From the NCBI GenBank assembly GCA_905178155.1, contig CAJINV010000002.1, positions 4,707,709 through 4,771,708 of the forward strand: a stretch of 64,000 nucleotides of DNA. The letters run 5' to 3'. This document shows positions 44,363-57,900 of the stretch, piece by piece (the first letter of the stretch is position 1; each line of letters opens with the position of its first letter). The position numbers were made by a program, and so were the translations under genes. Origin of the DNA: Amoebophrya sp. A120. Its lineage: Eukaryota; Protista; Dinoflagellata. The notes beneath the pieces were generated by a model, which was not told the origin of the DNA, did not search any database, and worked only from the letters and a program-made list of their open reading frames with translations.

Positions 44363-47300
44363 TTATACACGGGACGAAGATGAGAAAACGGGTGAAGTTT
44401 TATCAACACTACCAGATTTATCGATTTCGCTACTAGCATAATTTGTGTACAAACAAGTGCTCGCGCTGCTCCTCTGCATATTTATAAATATGCATTGTTG
44501 GCCAAGATCACTTCTGGCAGGCAGCAACGGCTTGAGCATCATGCCACGCCCTTCCATGCTACACAACAACAACAAGTCTCCTCGTTTCCTCGATTTTGAT
44601 GCACCCAGTCGCAGACAGAGAGAAGATGGACAGGCTTCTAATACCCGCTTTTCCAATTTCTTTCGTATCGTTCTTTGCTCGTCTATGGAGCCAAAATGTT
44701 CGTAATTTTCCATGGTGCTGGGCAACTAGAAATTCTTGGCAGAGAATGCTGCCGGAGCGCGGCCGCCTTCTAGCGTGGTTCCAACACCACAGCAGGGTTC
44801 GTAATTCAGCAGGAGCTTGTCGCAGTGGCAGAAAGTAGACCGTCCGTCTGGTTAATCTTGAAGATCTGATACTTCCTCTATCCAACTACTTGCGCAATGC
44901 AAATAATTGCTTCATCATGCTAGAAGTAGAACTCTCGTCGTGGTAAACGACGAGTGTTCCAACCTCTCTGTCGTCCTTTCCGAAAAGCTCAGAGGGACCA
45001 GGTGCCTGTGTTAGAAGTGGCTTCAATAGTTGTACGGTGCTTTTGTTTTTCTCCCTGTCAATCTTTTTTTTTTGCCGGATCTATCACGACAACGACTCAC
45101 AAAAAAAAATAGATGTTGAAGCCGATTACGATTTATTTTATTCTCTTGCATAGTGTCTATGGGGAAGAAAAGACACCACCAGGAACGAAATCCCACTGCC
45201 GCCAAACAACGACCTTCTTACACCGCTCCAGCGAAAAAAAAAGACACGACAGTCATCATCATCATCATCATCATCATTTATCCTGCCCTTAGGGGATAAA
45301 AAAAGAAAAAACTCGCTCTGCGTTGCCCATTCCTTCTACTTCCTTAATCTACTACTGCTCATTGAAAAGCCAAACCGCGCTATAAGCGTCAGCTCATGTG
45401 TGGTCGTCGTGGTACTTATCGCGCAGACTTCCTCGCCTCTTTGATTGTGCGCAATATTGATTTGATATTAGGTCAAAACAACACGACGATTTTGGTACAC
45501 GCCCTCCCCAAGAAGCGCATCGATGTTCATCTCCAATCCTCTTTACTGAGCCATCGTGAGCTTTTCATTCGGCTAACCCTCCGGTACGTAGTAAGTCCCG
45601 TACAAAACATTGAAAAGCGACTGTATTACAAAAAGGAACAACACATCACGAACACAAATTCTCCTGCCGCGCCTCCTGCTTCCAATCGACGTTCGGCTGT
45701 TAGTCGGCTAGTGACTTCTACCCGATCACAACTGACTTTGTTCTTCTGCCACATCTCATCTCAGCATACTTTCATTGAGCAGAGAGAAAAATTTCCTACA
45801 AATGTTATGGTACAGCAGCAGCACAGCAATTTTGGCCTCGCGACGAGTTGACGTCGCGGTCTACGTCGTTGCACTATCGGTACCGAGGGCACATACAAGT
45901 GAGATTCAATGTCGTGTCAGAAGCAAATTCTGTGGTTGTCGCGTACTTGTTCAACTGGGTCGCTTTATAATTCTCTTGGTTTTTTTGCCGTGAGAGGTTT
46001 TTCCTCGTTGAGCCAATCGCTCACGCTTGTTTCGAATAAAGCGGTCAAGCCTATATGTACAAATTTGGAAGCAAAAGGATAGTTCTACGGCTACGGTGTC
46101 GGTTGTAGGTGGCTTTTCCAAATACAACCGCCCAAGAACAAGATCGCAGTCGCAAAGAAAGTTGTGTACAAAACAACATGATTTTTTGCGAAGCAACCCT
46201 GTAGTTCATAATCATCTACAGAGTCGTTTTCTATTATACTCAAAAATTTTCTATCCAATGCTATAGTACAGCAGGTGATAAAAGCTTTTTGGTACATTGA
46301 AAAATTAATAATTGACAAACAACTACTGCAGAACTAGAACTCTACCCGTTCTGCATTTACTAGTTTGCTGATATAGGTTTGCTCTTTCCCGAGTTTGTTC
46401 CTGCGCCACTATCCAGTATCTTTTTTTACTTCTCCGGCGCGAACTACTAAGCGTAGTTTTTACTGCTAGTCAACGTAGTTGTTTTCACTTTAAATTTCGA
46501 GAGATCTAACAGCAAAATTTTGCTTTCTCAGTAGCTGCAGCTGCACCGTCTTTATTATTGCCGTCTGATTATGTTCCTGATATGGCGCATGTTTTCTATG
46601 TGGGCTAGCTGGCAATAAATCGATTCGAAAAGCTGCTGTGCGACGCCGTGCTTGTAGCTGCACTGACTAATATTTATTGCTGTTGATGTTGTACATTTTG
46701 AAACCTGAAAGATTTTCCTGTAGTCTCGTGTATAATTGCAATTGCAAGCGATGATAACGTGACGCCCTCACGCTACTACAGAGAAATTATAACAGCAGAT
46801 GTTGAGACCATCCTAGAAACATCAACTGCTGAGTCGTCGTAAAAATTTAGTGCGAAAGAAAATTGCGTGCTGAACGAAAAGTTTCTTCGAATGGTTCGTC
46901 TGCGTGATAAATTTGAAAAAAATCTGATACGTAAAGTCAAAAGGCCGCCCGTGCTCGTAAAACTTTAGAAAGCATTCTACTATTCTGAGCGCCCCCGCTT
47001 GCCGAGGATAGAGGAATATCGTATAATTTTTGGTGATGAAAACTTTTCTTTGGTAAGCCGTGCACTCGGATCGTTCTTGTTCTCGTGTCCGAATTTTCTT
47101 TCCTAGATCGCAAAGACTTCTTTTGCGCGCGCCGCTATATAGTCTCGAGAAACTACTGTGTTGTCGTGCCGCTCACGTGTTGAACGTGAACTCCTACTTG
47201 TCTAACAAGAAAGCTTCATACAGCAAATTTTATCTGTATTTTCGAACAATTTTGAAGATGTGCTGCTATATAGTCTCAAATAAACTGCGAAGATGTCGTT

Positions 47301-47713
47301 GTAGAAACGAAGTCGAAAAAGCATTTTTTGGATGAAAAGTTGTGTCGATTTTCAAGTTGATTCGCTCGGTCGAACTGAGATAATCTGGTGTCAAACTATT
47401 ACAAAAGGTGAGAACGATACTAGACCTAGAGAGTTTGTTGCTATAAAATGTGAAAAATAAGAAAAAGCTATAAATACGATCAGAAATTTGTTTCTCGTCT
47501 GGTTTCCTGTTTAGTAGATTGTGAATTGTGATTTTTGTCGGCAGCTGATGATTTAAATCTGTTCGACTCTAAGCCTTAGATTGTCCGGCAGCTACGGATG
47601 AAGATGTAGTTTGTTGCTTACCGCAGTCCAGGCTACTGCTATAGGTTCGTTGTTCTTTTGGTTCTTCAAAATAAACCCATGATGATCGAGGTGGATGAAG
47701 TTGTTCGTTGTCA

Positions 47714-50252
47714 TCACGCGGTTTGCTTGACCGGCGCCGTGTAGGGCTGGACGGCGATCGTTGGCGGCTGACTTTCCATCGCCCCGCCCTTGTCGTTTTC
47801 GACGGGTTTGAAGTAGGGGTGGTTGAACGCTTCCCGGGGGAGAATGCGCTGCGAGTGGTCGTACACCAGCATCTTGTCCAGGAGGTCGATCGAGTCCAGG
47901 TGCGCCAGGTGGCTGCAGTCGGAATTCACAAACTTGGTCCAGGATTTCTGCGGGAATCGGTCCAGAAGGTCGTCGAAGTGTTGGTCCAGTTCCAGGTGGT
48001 ACTTGTCTGTAGTGATAGTAGTCATGCAAGACGAATTTCATCTTTCTTTTTAATGTGACCCACGACCGGATGCATCCAAAAATCTTCTTCTTCCGCGGCT
48101 AGACCTAGTTGCACGAACCAAGAACATCAAAATCTGAACATCTACGGTACATAAATGAAACATGTCCAAATTTTTATACTCAAGTAAGCCTGCAGCCCGT
48201 CAAACCCGAGAACCTTCGCCACCCGCACCAACTGATCGTAATTATCGCTGCCTCGAAAAAATGGTTCCCGCTTGAAAATCATACCTGAAGTTGTAATCAT
48301 TTTTTGTGATACATCAATACTACTCACGTAGTACCCACCATCGCAGCACTCATCCGATTCCGGAGTCTCCTCGCCGAGACCAAAACCTCAAATTCCTGAT
48401 CTCTAAATCAATGGGATGGCAACAAGATTTCTCCTTACCTGCGAACATGCAGCCGAGGGACCATATGTCCAGAGAGTAGTCGTAGAGTTGGTAGTCCACC
48501 AGAAGTTCTGGGCCCTTGTAGTACCGGGAGGCCACCCGCACATTCACCGGCGTGTTCACGTGGTAAAATTCCGCAAGACCCCAGTCGATCAATCTGAGAT
48601 AGTTGTGTGGAAAGCAAAATCGATTTACTTGCTGTAGTGCCGTTTTTTTTCAAACTACATTGGTGTTCACTGCTAGGATTTCGCGCAGTGGGCATCATGA
48701 CAGAGCTGTCAGCCGCAAGTGCCCAATTTTTTACGCGCGTGACACGGGGAATAGAGACTCTTTCGTACGTACTAGCTGTAGAACGATAAACATAAAAATC
48801 AGCGAAAACTCCATACCGCAGTTGCCTCTTCTGGTGGTCGATCATAATGTTGTGGGGTTTGACGTCGCGGTGCATGATGCCTTGTGAGTGGCAGAAATCC
48901 AGGGCGCGGAGCATATGGAGAGAAAAAAGTTTGTCACAGTCATTAGCTTGCAGGTTTTGCATTACAAATTTTTTTAGCATCACAAATTTTCCTTGTATTG
49001 CAGAAACACTAGGGAAATCCCTAGTGAAGTTTGGCTATGATGCCTTTTTACGCATGACAGAAAGTTTTGTATTGCGAAAATGCGCACGAGTGATCGTGAC
49101 GAACTTTTTTTGTTTGATAGAGCACTTCCCTGATGTAAAACCGGATATCGTAGTCCTTGAAGGTCTATCAAATGCAAAAATGTCTGGGTCTGGAAGCAGG
49201 TTGGAACTTGTGATGCTAACTTGGGACTCTAAAAAAATCTGTATTGCATGACCAGCAAGAGGAGTCTAGTTTGTGCCACGCGGGGAAGGCATTTGTCATG
49301 CGCCGTAGGCATCAGGAAGGGTTCTAAAAGTCTGTGATGGTAGGGCATGCATCACACACAATCCTGGGTCATGCAAAATCAGCATCACAAACTCCTGCAT
49401 TCTTCCAGACCCAGACACTTTTGCAGTTCATAAGGTCGGGTAGAGCTGCTTGAAATCGATGTTGTTGATATACCTGTGATGTTGAAGAGTTTATTTGGAT
49501 GTTGAAAATTTGCATCGCGAAAGAACTACAACCTGGCTCAAAGAGCAAGTTTGCCATGCGTTCAGAACATCTGGTGCCGATCATTGTATAAAAAAATCAC
49601 ACCAAGAAGAAGTTGTGTCTGAATGAATCTGTACTCGAAGATGAGGGATGGTGTTTTTGACTGGTTGTCCCGCACGTAGTCCAGCAGTTTAACGATGTTT
49701 GGCCCGCTGCACACGTTCTGCAAGATCTTCAGTTCCCTTTTAATCTTCTTCTTTTTCACCGGCTTCAGGATTTTAATCACAATCTGCGTCTGCGTCTTCA
49801 CATGGATGCCCTCAAACGCCTCGCAGTATTTACCTGATACCGGGATAGTTGGGTTGGTACGCGCGCGGCCAGTCATTATTATGTACATCTAGCTGCTAGT
49901 ATAGGTACACGTAAAATTTGTATCCAAGCTTAGTACAAGAACCTTAGATGCAGTGCCAGTCTCACACAGGACAAGGCATGCGAAGAAGTAAGATGTTGAA
50001 ACTAGCACATTCAGCAAGTCGTAAAAGTTGCTCGCCCTGTCGATCATGTTAATTGGAAAATCACGTACCTCTGCCGATTTTGCGCACGATTTCGTAGTCG
50101 TCTTGATTGCCCCAGTTCACCGCAAGATTCTCGTAGTCCCAGTAGTCTCTGCTTCGCTTGGCGTTCACATCGCCGTAATACCTGTTATTTTTCACATCAT
50201 CTTCCTCATGTTCTTCATGGCACAAGTCCGCACCGTAGCTAGAACCTCCCAT
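47714..50252 (-). CDS. CK2A: Casein kinase II catalytic (alpha) subunit, spliced
   Basis: [69 protein letters not shown]; two introners plus five GT-AG introns; start inferred. Confidence 0.95.
48914..49119. mobile_element. Introner family G in CK2
   Basis: TAT...ATA ends; TSD gagca; removal gives EVL|RALDFCH. Confidence 0.93.
49166..49432. mobile_element. Introner family A in CK2
   Basis: TSD aggtc; removal gives LYPT|FKDYDIRFY. Confidence 0.95.
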
Positions 50253-52828
50253 GGGTGAGAGGCTGCAAACTAGGTGGAGCTTATTTTCTAGGCATCGACC
50301 CACACTTATCTGCGAAAGACACATGTGAACTGCGCCGCGCCGCGACTGGTGGTCTGCATCAAAACTACAAAGAAACACAAACGACAGTTCTATATCATCC
50401 TAGGTACCTTGGCCTGATGAATGGGACGCCGTCACACTCTTCCACCACCTGGTTTTTCACGCCCATACCGGCTCCCTGCACGGTGGCGTGCTGTGTCGCT
50501 GCGTTGTACGTGGACATCTTCGGGGAGAAAACGTCTCTTCCGTGGTATCTATACAGCGGGAGGTGCTCAAAAACTTTACTCTCGTCTCTCTTCTCGCCAC
50601 GGCCTCCGTCTGATCCGGCCGGGTTGCTTCTTTTTCGCGCGCCTTCTACACCGAACCGCTGATGTTTCTCCTCCGCTGGTAGTTCTGGTTGTCTCGTACT
50701 ACACAGAATCGCAGATGTGCTTTTGTGAAGCAACACAGTATTGGTTGTGGTTTGTAATTTTTACTTCGGTCGTTGCACGAAGATTTTACTCGCGTTGTTT
50801 TCTTTGTACCGGGGTCTTTTCGCGGCAAAAAAATTGCGACGTGCAACTGGCGTGCGTGAAAACGAGGTGGAAATGATAATAAATTGGTGGGAAAATAAGT
50901 GGGGCGTAGTCCAAGTTGGAATACTGCGGAGGTTTCAGGAAAGTGTTATCATTTTTGTCATGGTCTGCAGGTAGTACAAATACGAAAATCGAGTTCTTGC
51001 GAAGCAAAGTTACACATCATCGGTCGCTGAGAAGTCATTTGTACGAAGTGCCTAGATGCTACTAATCTCGTTTGTGCTTTCCCTTGTACGATACGAAGTG
51101 CAACGACGATATGGAATGCTTGTGTACGAACCGATCGAGTTTCTTTTGTTCGAAACAGTTCCGTTCTTTCTCGAGGAACAAGAGCAGGACCGATGAATTT
51201 TCTGCCTCGAGGCTCTATTGCTATTCAGAAGGCTAGGTGATCTACTATGTACGAACGCGCTTGTGTCTGTTTGTACTAGTTGTACCATATCGATTTGCAC
51301 GTCATGCGTGCTTCTACGCGGATGCCAATGAATTCCTTTTAGGATCGTACTTAGCTGCTACAGCAGGTGTTCTAAAAGCTATACTATCCTTTGTTTGGAG
51401 AAAAATATGCGGTAGAACCATGTCAAGCGTCCGTTGGCGTGTTGATCGTCAGAACAACACATCATGCGCCTAGATCTATGCTCTAGGCAGCTTTCTTATT
51501 GTATTGCTCATGATCTCTTCGCATCTGTTTCTGTCATATAGCATCGACCAAAATAGCTTTTGCTCAGCATCCAACAAAATAGCCAAAGTTGCTCAGCTAT
51601 CTAAAGATCTATGCTTGGAAAATCGATCCGGTACATTCAAAATAGAAAAGAGGCAGTGATCGTTTCATGCGGCGCTGCTCCACTTCTAGATCACGGAACA
51701 CCATGCCACATCGAGATTTGTTTAAAGGCTTCATGCCAAGCTGATGCGGCTCGCGGATCCTCTTGAGAGTCGCGCTCGCCTCAAGCTGTCTCTTTCTCTT
51801 ATATGCATGGGAACGAGGTGAGCTGCGAGTCCCCTCACGAACTTAGAATCTGTCCTCACATCCAGCAATGGCGTCTGTGGTTGTCGTCCACACGCGTTGC
51901 GGCAATTCCCTCGGCCATCCCAAAAGTTCGCAACTACAAGGTAGCTTGTTTCGAGCATGGTCTTACGATAAACTAGTAGAAAGCTTCCAGAAAAAGAAGT
52001 TTCCCTGACAAAAGCTGATACACTAGAAGAGAAAAGCGAATTCTACCTGCAGCTGCTGGTGAATGATGAAACATTTCCACTTCGTTGAGAAGAAGGAACT
52101 CAGCTTGAAGCTCGCCGTAATTTGCACAAAGCAACATACGTTCCTACCTCAAATAATATGCGGTGTAAAGTTTGGAATTTTTACGTGAAGATCGTATGTG
52201 AAAGATGATATATTGAGACGTAAACAAGATAGTAGATCTTCCCCCTCCTCCCCATCGGAGAATTGCCATTCTACTGCGACGGCGCAGAGAGCACCGCCGC
52301 AACTAAAATCTCAACCCAGCCAAAAAGAATATCTCTTTTACGTAAAAAATATCGGAAATTTTTACGCATCTTCGAAGTACTAACGTCCGGTAGTTTAGAT
52401 AAGATACTCAGTGTGGTCTTACTAGGTGCGGTTAGAAGATCGTCAGTATCTCCGGAATATCAACCAAAATGTCCTTAGACGAGGCTGCGGTAAGGCGCGA
52501 AGGTCAGTGCGAATTTTCAGTGACACCGGAGACGAAGATCAACTTCCAACCAAACAGTTTCAATCACCATCGTATCCAAAGGGAAACAGCGATCCGATAC
52601 GTGTGAAGCAGATGTCTCTGACAACATTTTTTTCATACATGCACACAACCAACCTGGTGGCCCTGCCAGGGAGGTGAAATCCAAAGCAGTGCCTTCGGCA
52701 AGGTCAAGACAAGAGTTCTTTACGGGAACAGACACGTGCTGACCAACATGACAAAATTTTGTTGCCGCAGCAAAGAGAATCTATTTCTACGGGTGACTCG
52801 CAAACATTTCACTTTGGATAAAACTGAT

Positions 52829-53721
52829 TTACTTGGGGGCGTTGAAAGTCGGGGCGTTGAACAGGGTTCCGGCGCCCTGGAACTTGGCCATCTCCTCCTG
52901 CATCTTGGCCTGCATCTCCTGCTGCTTCTTCTCCATCTCGTATTGCTGCTTCTGCATCTCCTCCTCGGCCTTCTTCTGCTGGTACTCCATGGTCAGCTGC
53001 ATGGCCTGCTGCTCCAGAGCGGCCTTCTGCTGGGCGGCCTGCTGCTGCAGGGCCATCAGCTGCTCCATGCGCTGCTGGTCCAGAGCCATCTCCTGCTGCT
53101 TCACCTCCATGTCGATCTGCATAATGAACTGCTTCTTCTGCTGGTCGGCCTGGCCCAACAGGTACTCCTTCTGGTGCTTCACCTGCAACTATGGAAAGGG
53201 AAAACTGAATTTGTATTGCTATTGTCATGTTGTTTTCATATCTTTTTGGTGGATTCCAATTTCATCTTTTCTGTCAAGCTGCATTCTCGCCGAGTGCAAG
53301 ATATTTCTGCAAAAACTCACTAAACGTTTCTACGACCACGTTTCATCATATTCAATGCACCGCTGTCACGAAACGCAGTTTTCCTTGCATACAGCCTCCA
53401 AGACCTGGGTGCCCTGCTTGACTTGCTCGTCCAACATCTTCATGTAGGCGTCCTTCTGCTTGGCGATGGTGGCCGGGTCCGGCATGCCTGGATAAAATTA
53501 CAATTATCGGCGTTGATCACTTTCAGACAAATCAAAAGCTAAGGGATAAATTCCCCCCGAGAGAAAGAAAGAACCGATCGAATATAATCGACGTTTTTCG
53601 CTGAACAAGAAAACAGCTGCCTCTTCCCACATGCGACTCAGTTTCATAATCGCGAAAAACTTATCTTACCAGCCGTCAAGGGCTGCGGCGGCATCATCAT
53701 CTGCGGAGCGCCAGCGGACAT
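52829..53721 (-). CDS. Gln/Met-rich coiled-coil protein, 3 exons
   Basis: MSAGAPQMMMPPQPLTAG|MPDPATIAKQKDAY...|QVKHQKEYL...NAPK*; strongly GC3-biased codons; function unknown. Confidence 0.85.
53190..53391. mobile_element. Decayed introner forming intron 2 of the Gln-rich gene
   Basis: TATGGAAAGGGAAAACTG ... CAGTTTTCCTTGCATA; internal TTGTCATG; diverged TSD. Confidence 0.7.
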
Positions 53722-54903
53722 TTTGTTCCGGTCTCTTTAAAGGAGCATGAAAGCGAAAGAAGACTTGCTTTTTAATTCAGCTTGGCCTCCCCGGGCAAAG
53801 ACAACCGAATTCCTTTCCTGAAGAGCCGAAGTCCTCGCTCTTCATGGATGGTTTCCGATTGCGATTCCGCATGACAAAGCTTTAATTTTGGCTCTTGGGC
53901 TTTGCTCGTTGCCTGCTTCGCGGCCACACCATGAACGCTTTGCCTTCAGGGTTGGCGGGTCCAAGACAAATTTGACAAGTCTTCTTTCGTCTTTCATAAG
54001 AGGTAGTTCCGAGGAACGAATGAAATTGACCCTACGGTTGTTGTTGTTCAAAATGTAAAATTTTTTTTCGTGAAAATTTCAATCTCTTTTCCAGTACACG
54101 CTCTGGGGGCAATCACTTCTCCTCATCTGCACGCGCTTCTAATACTTAATATCAACATCTTCATCTAACTACACGGAGGGGGGGGAAATTTAAAAGTCTA
54201 TCTCTTCGCGATTCCGATATCAGGAGGCCTTGCTGCTGCTCAAGTGGCACTGCTACGCTGGCTTTTCTTATCTCCACAAAACGAGGCGTGAATTCAGAAG
54301 ACACACAGGTGCAAGAACACGCCACACACACGCACGGGAAACCACACTTTTTCTCAACTCAACGTAAGGTTTACAAGCCACCTCATCTATTTTTTTGTTT
54401 CTCTCGTGCCTTTCTCGTGTACACACACCCACTGGGTTTCAGCTTCACATAAGTATATGAAAATGAATGATAGTTTTGAGAAAATTATGAGGTGTGAAGC
54501 TTCTTCTCCGCTCCCGAAGGGCCTTGCTCCTGCTTTTCTTTGTTTTTTAGTGCCGTTTCGGAGCACAATGGATGATTCAACGAGCCGGATAATTGCATGG
54601 GGGTCCAACCAAATATGATTTCTACATTCATCGCAATTTACATCTTTCTGCAACACGGTCCGCATCAACATTCGAAATTCACTTACTTCTTGTCGACGTC
54701 GTCTGGGCTCTGGCCCTAGCGCTAGGCCATCACCATCTAGATAAATGATTAGTTTGTCAATCTCCATCTTGATATTCTTGCGTGGCATAAAGCATTGTAA
54801 CATTTTGATATGAAAAGGTGCAAGTGCTCCCCGTCTAATTCACAGTACTTCCAGTTCGACGCTCTCCGGCGCCCGCAGCAGCAGACGCTCTCCGGCGCCC
54901 GCC

Positions 54904-57900
54904 TCACAAGTACAGCGTGCTCGGCCAGAATGCCGGTTCCTGCTCGGGTAGGTCCCACACATTCACGTGCACGAAATTGTCCTCGAATTCGCACCCGCTC
55001 GTCCCACCCGCCCGCTTGCAGTCCGGCAGACACGCGTTGTGATCCGTGAGACACTGGAGCACCGAGCCGTGGTCGCCGAACAGCTTCTCGACCGGTGCGT
55101 GGTACCGGTCGAAAAAGATGTGCTCCATGTGGTTATCAACTGTAAAAATGTCTGGGTCTGGAAGTGATGCGCATTTTAGAACACAGAAAAATGAAAATCT
55201 CTCATGCATAGGTCGCAAAAGCTTCCCACTCTCGGTCACCAAAGTGGGGGATTTCTCACGCGGGCTCGGCATTGCGGAAGCTTCTCGAAACCTGTGATGC
55301 TACAGCTTTCATGCCAGACCTTCTATGTCATGCAAAAACAGCATGACTCTTCCAGACCCAGACATTTTTACATTTGATAGTGGTGCTGGGACAGCGAAAT
55401 CGCGTACCGTTCCATCCCCAGCATCCGGGCCCGCTATCCTGAGTAAAAACGTACCCACACCAGAGTTGTAATGCAGATTTGCAAAGACAGGAAGGCTTGT
55501 AATGCGCATCCGCATGAGAGCCATTTCCAGTCGTGTTTTGGAATTTGTGATGCTGTGAACAGGATGAGCAGATGAATCTGTGATGCGGCTGCACTTGCTA
55601 ACCTGCACTACACTGCAGAGCGCAACTTGTCATGCGTGACTCACAAAACTCCTAGGCTCGTGTTGCGAAATCCCCATCCTGACTCTGGTGTGGGTACGTT
55701 TTTACTCAGGATACCCGCCAGGGGTGATTTTCCGTCTTGATTGAATGCTGGTAGTACACGTCCCCGATGTGGTGCGTGATGTTGGGGATGCGAATCAGGA
55801 AGTAGTTGTCGTCGCCACAACCGAGGAAGCTCCACGCCTGCGTCGTCCTGCTCGCGTCGTTGAGCGCGGTCCGCTCGTAGGAAAATTTCTGTTGCAGTAA
55901 CTCGTTAAACTGCTCCTTGGTCCGGTTCAGACTCGCGGAAGAGACCTCGTCCGTGTAGAGCTTCAAGTCAAAGTCGCTGTCCCAGGGGAATTGTCCCACC
56001 GCGCCGTTCCGCCACAGCGCCAGGAGTGATCCCTCCTCCGGTACGGCTTGCTTCCCCCTCTCGCGGACCCACCAGTCCAAAAAGTAGCGGAAGTGGTTCT
56101 CGATCTGCTCCCGGAAGCAGTAGCTCCCGATCACGCCGCGCGTGTTGATCTGGAACCAATTCAGCCCGGGCATGCAGTGTTGCGATTTCCGGATGTTCGT
56201 GCCCGGGGCGGGGGAACGATAATTACTGCTAGTACTAGAAGCGGCGCTTGCCTGTGTTGTACTGCGGCCTGCTGTTTCATCCTCGCTGTGTAGAAGAAGT
56301 TGATCGCCGTCGTCTGAATTCTTGTGCACCGCAATCACCTCGATTTGAAACTGGTCCGCCAGTGTTCCGTCCAGTACCGGGTAGTCCGAATACAAAACGT
56401 CCTCGGGAACCAGTTGCGTGCTGGCGTAATGCACATTTACCGGAAACATCCTGGTTGTGATATCGTTCAGCAGCAAATCGAGGTACAACAAGATCCTAGT
56501 TGATTCGCTTCCAGCTTGTTCTGATGCGAGCGTCGGTGTGTCCGCCGAGGAAGAGGATCCACTTCCACCAGCAGCACTAATAATTGTTGCATCCGGAACG
56601 TTGTTCGCCAGCTGACGGTACAGCTCCGCAGTGTAGACCCGAAACGCAGAACCGGCGGCGCAGGACTTCCGGCGGGCGCGGCTGTTGCTAAATGTGCTGG
56701 TGTAGTAAAGGGCTTTCCAGTACTGGACCCGCAACTGCCGGCAGGTCTCGACTCGCTCGCCATCTGAATTCACAGCCGGATAGAAGATCGCGTCGACTTT
56801 GCTGCTGGGAAAAGAAGTCGCTGGATCTTCGTTCGGATCTTCTGCTGCGCGATCTCCTTTGCGGCCGGTTGCACTTCTCGTCGCTGTTCGGTTTGTTCTA
56901 CCAGCATGGCGGGCGCCCGACGAATTTACCATGCCATCTCGTCCTCCGTCCTGCTGCAGGCTCTCCACCGTCTTCCGCACGTGGCTCTCCATTTCCGCAA
57001 AGCGCCACCGGTGGTCGAACAGGAACCGGGAAAAGACGAGCACGATGTAGGTATTCTTCTTGCCACCGTCGCTGAGATCGTGGTCCGTCGCGTGATCACG
57101 CGCATATTCCCGCATCCCAGCAGCACAACTTTCCTCGTCGAAGAAACTTACGGATATCCCGCTCGGAACCAGCTCCTCGTGCAGCCAATCGGTCCGGCCG
57201 CAAACGAGGAAGTGGAACTTGATTCTTTGCGACGAGTCCTCGCGTGCCACGATTTCATTTCTACCACGGGCATCACCGCTCTGCGCTTGGTCGTCCACTG
57301 CGAGCCACCGCACCGATAATACGGCGGGCTCCCCGGGTCGGGAACCGAGATTCTCGTGTCGACGGTCATCGGCCTTCTTTCGAATCCCTGTTGACGCCTC
57401 GTCCAGGCTGCTCGGCTGCTTGAACCGCAGCTTCACCATCACCGCACCGTCGAATCGGCGCTGCACAATGGCAGAAGAGTGCGGCACCACGGTGATCGAC
57501 TGGTGTGGCGAGAGTCGGAGCTGTAACCTATTGTCGGCAGCACTAGTAGTGCTCGCTGTTGTTCTTTGCGCCTCGGATTTATCGGGATGATCGTGCGGCT
57601 GTTGCGACAACTTTTTCCCTCTACTTTTCCTCTGATAGACGTAGACGCTGATGCTTCTGGACAGGTACAGACCTTCCAGGTTTGCAGCGGGGGGCGGAGC
57701 AGCCCCCGTTGAGAATCGGTCTTGCTTTTGCTCGTGAAAGTAACCTGGATGCCCGACCAGGAGACCCGGAAGGTGTTGCGTTTTTTCTGCTGCAGTCCTC
57801 CCGCCACTTTCCGTCAATCCACCTAGCAAAACTTGCAGCACCCGTTGGAAACACCAAAAGGAGGGCTTGGTGCTGGATAGCGGCTTGCGGTTCTTGGTCC

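Noticed and set aside
45252-45277. (TCA)n and other microsatellites
   Set aside because: Ordinary simple repeats
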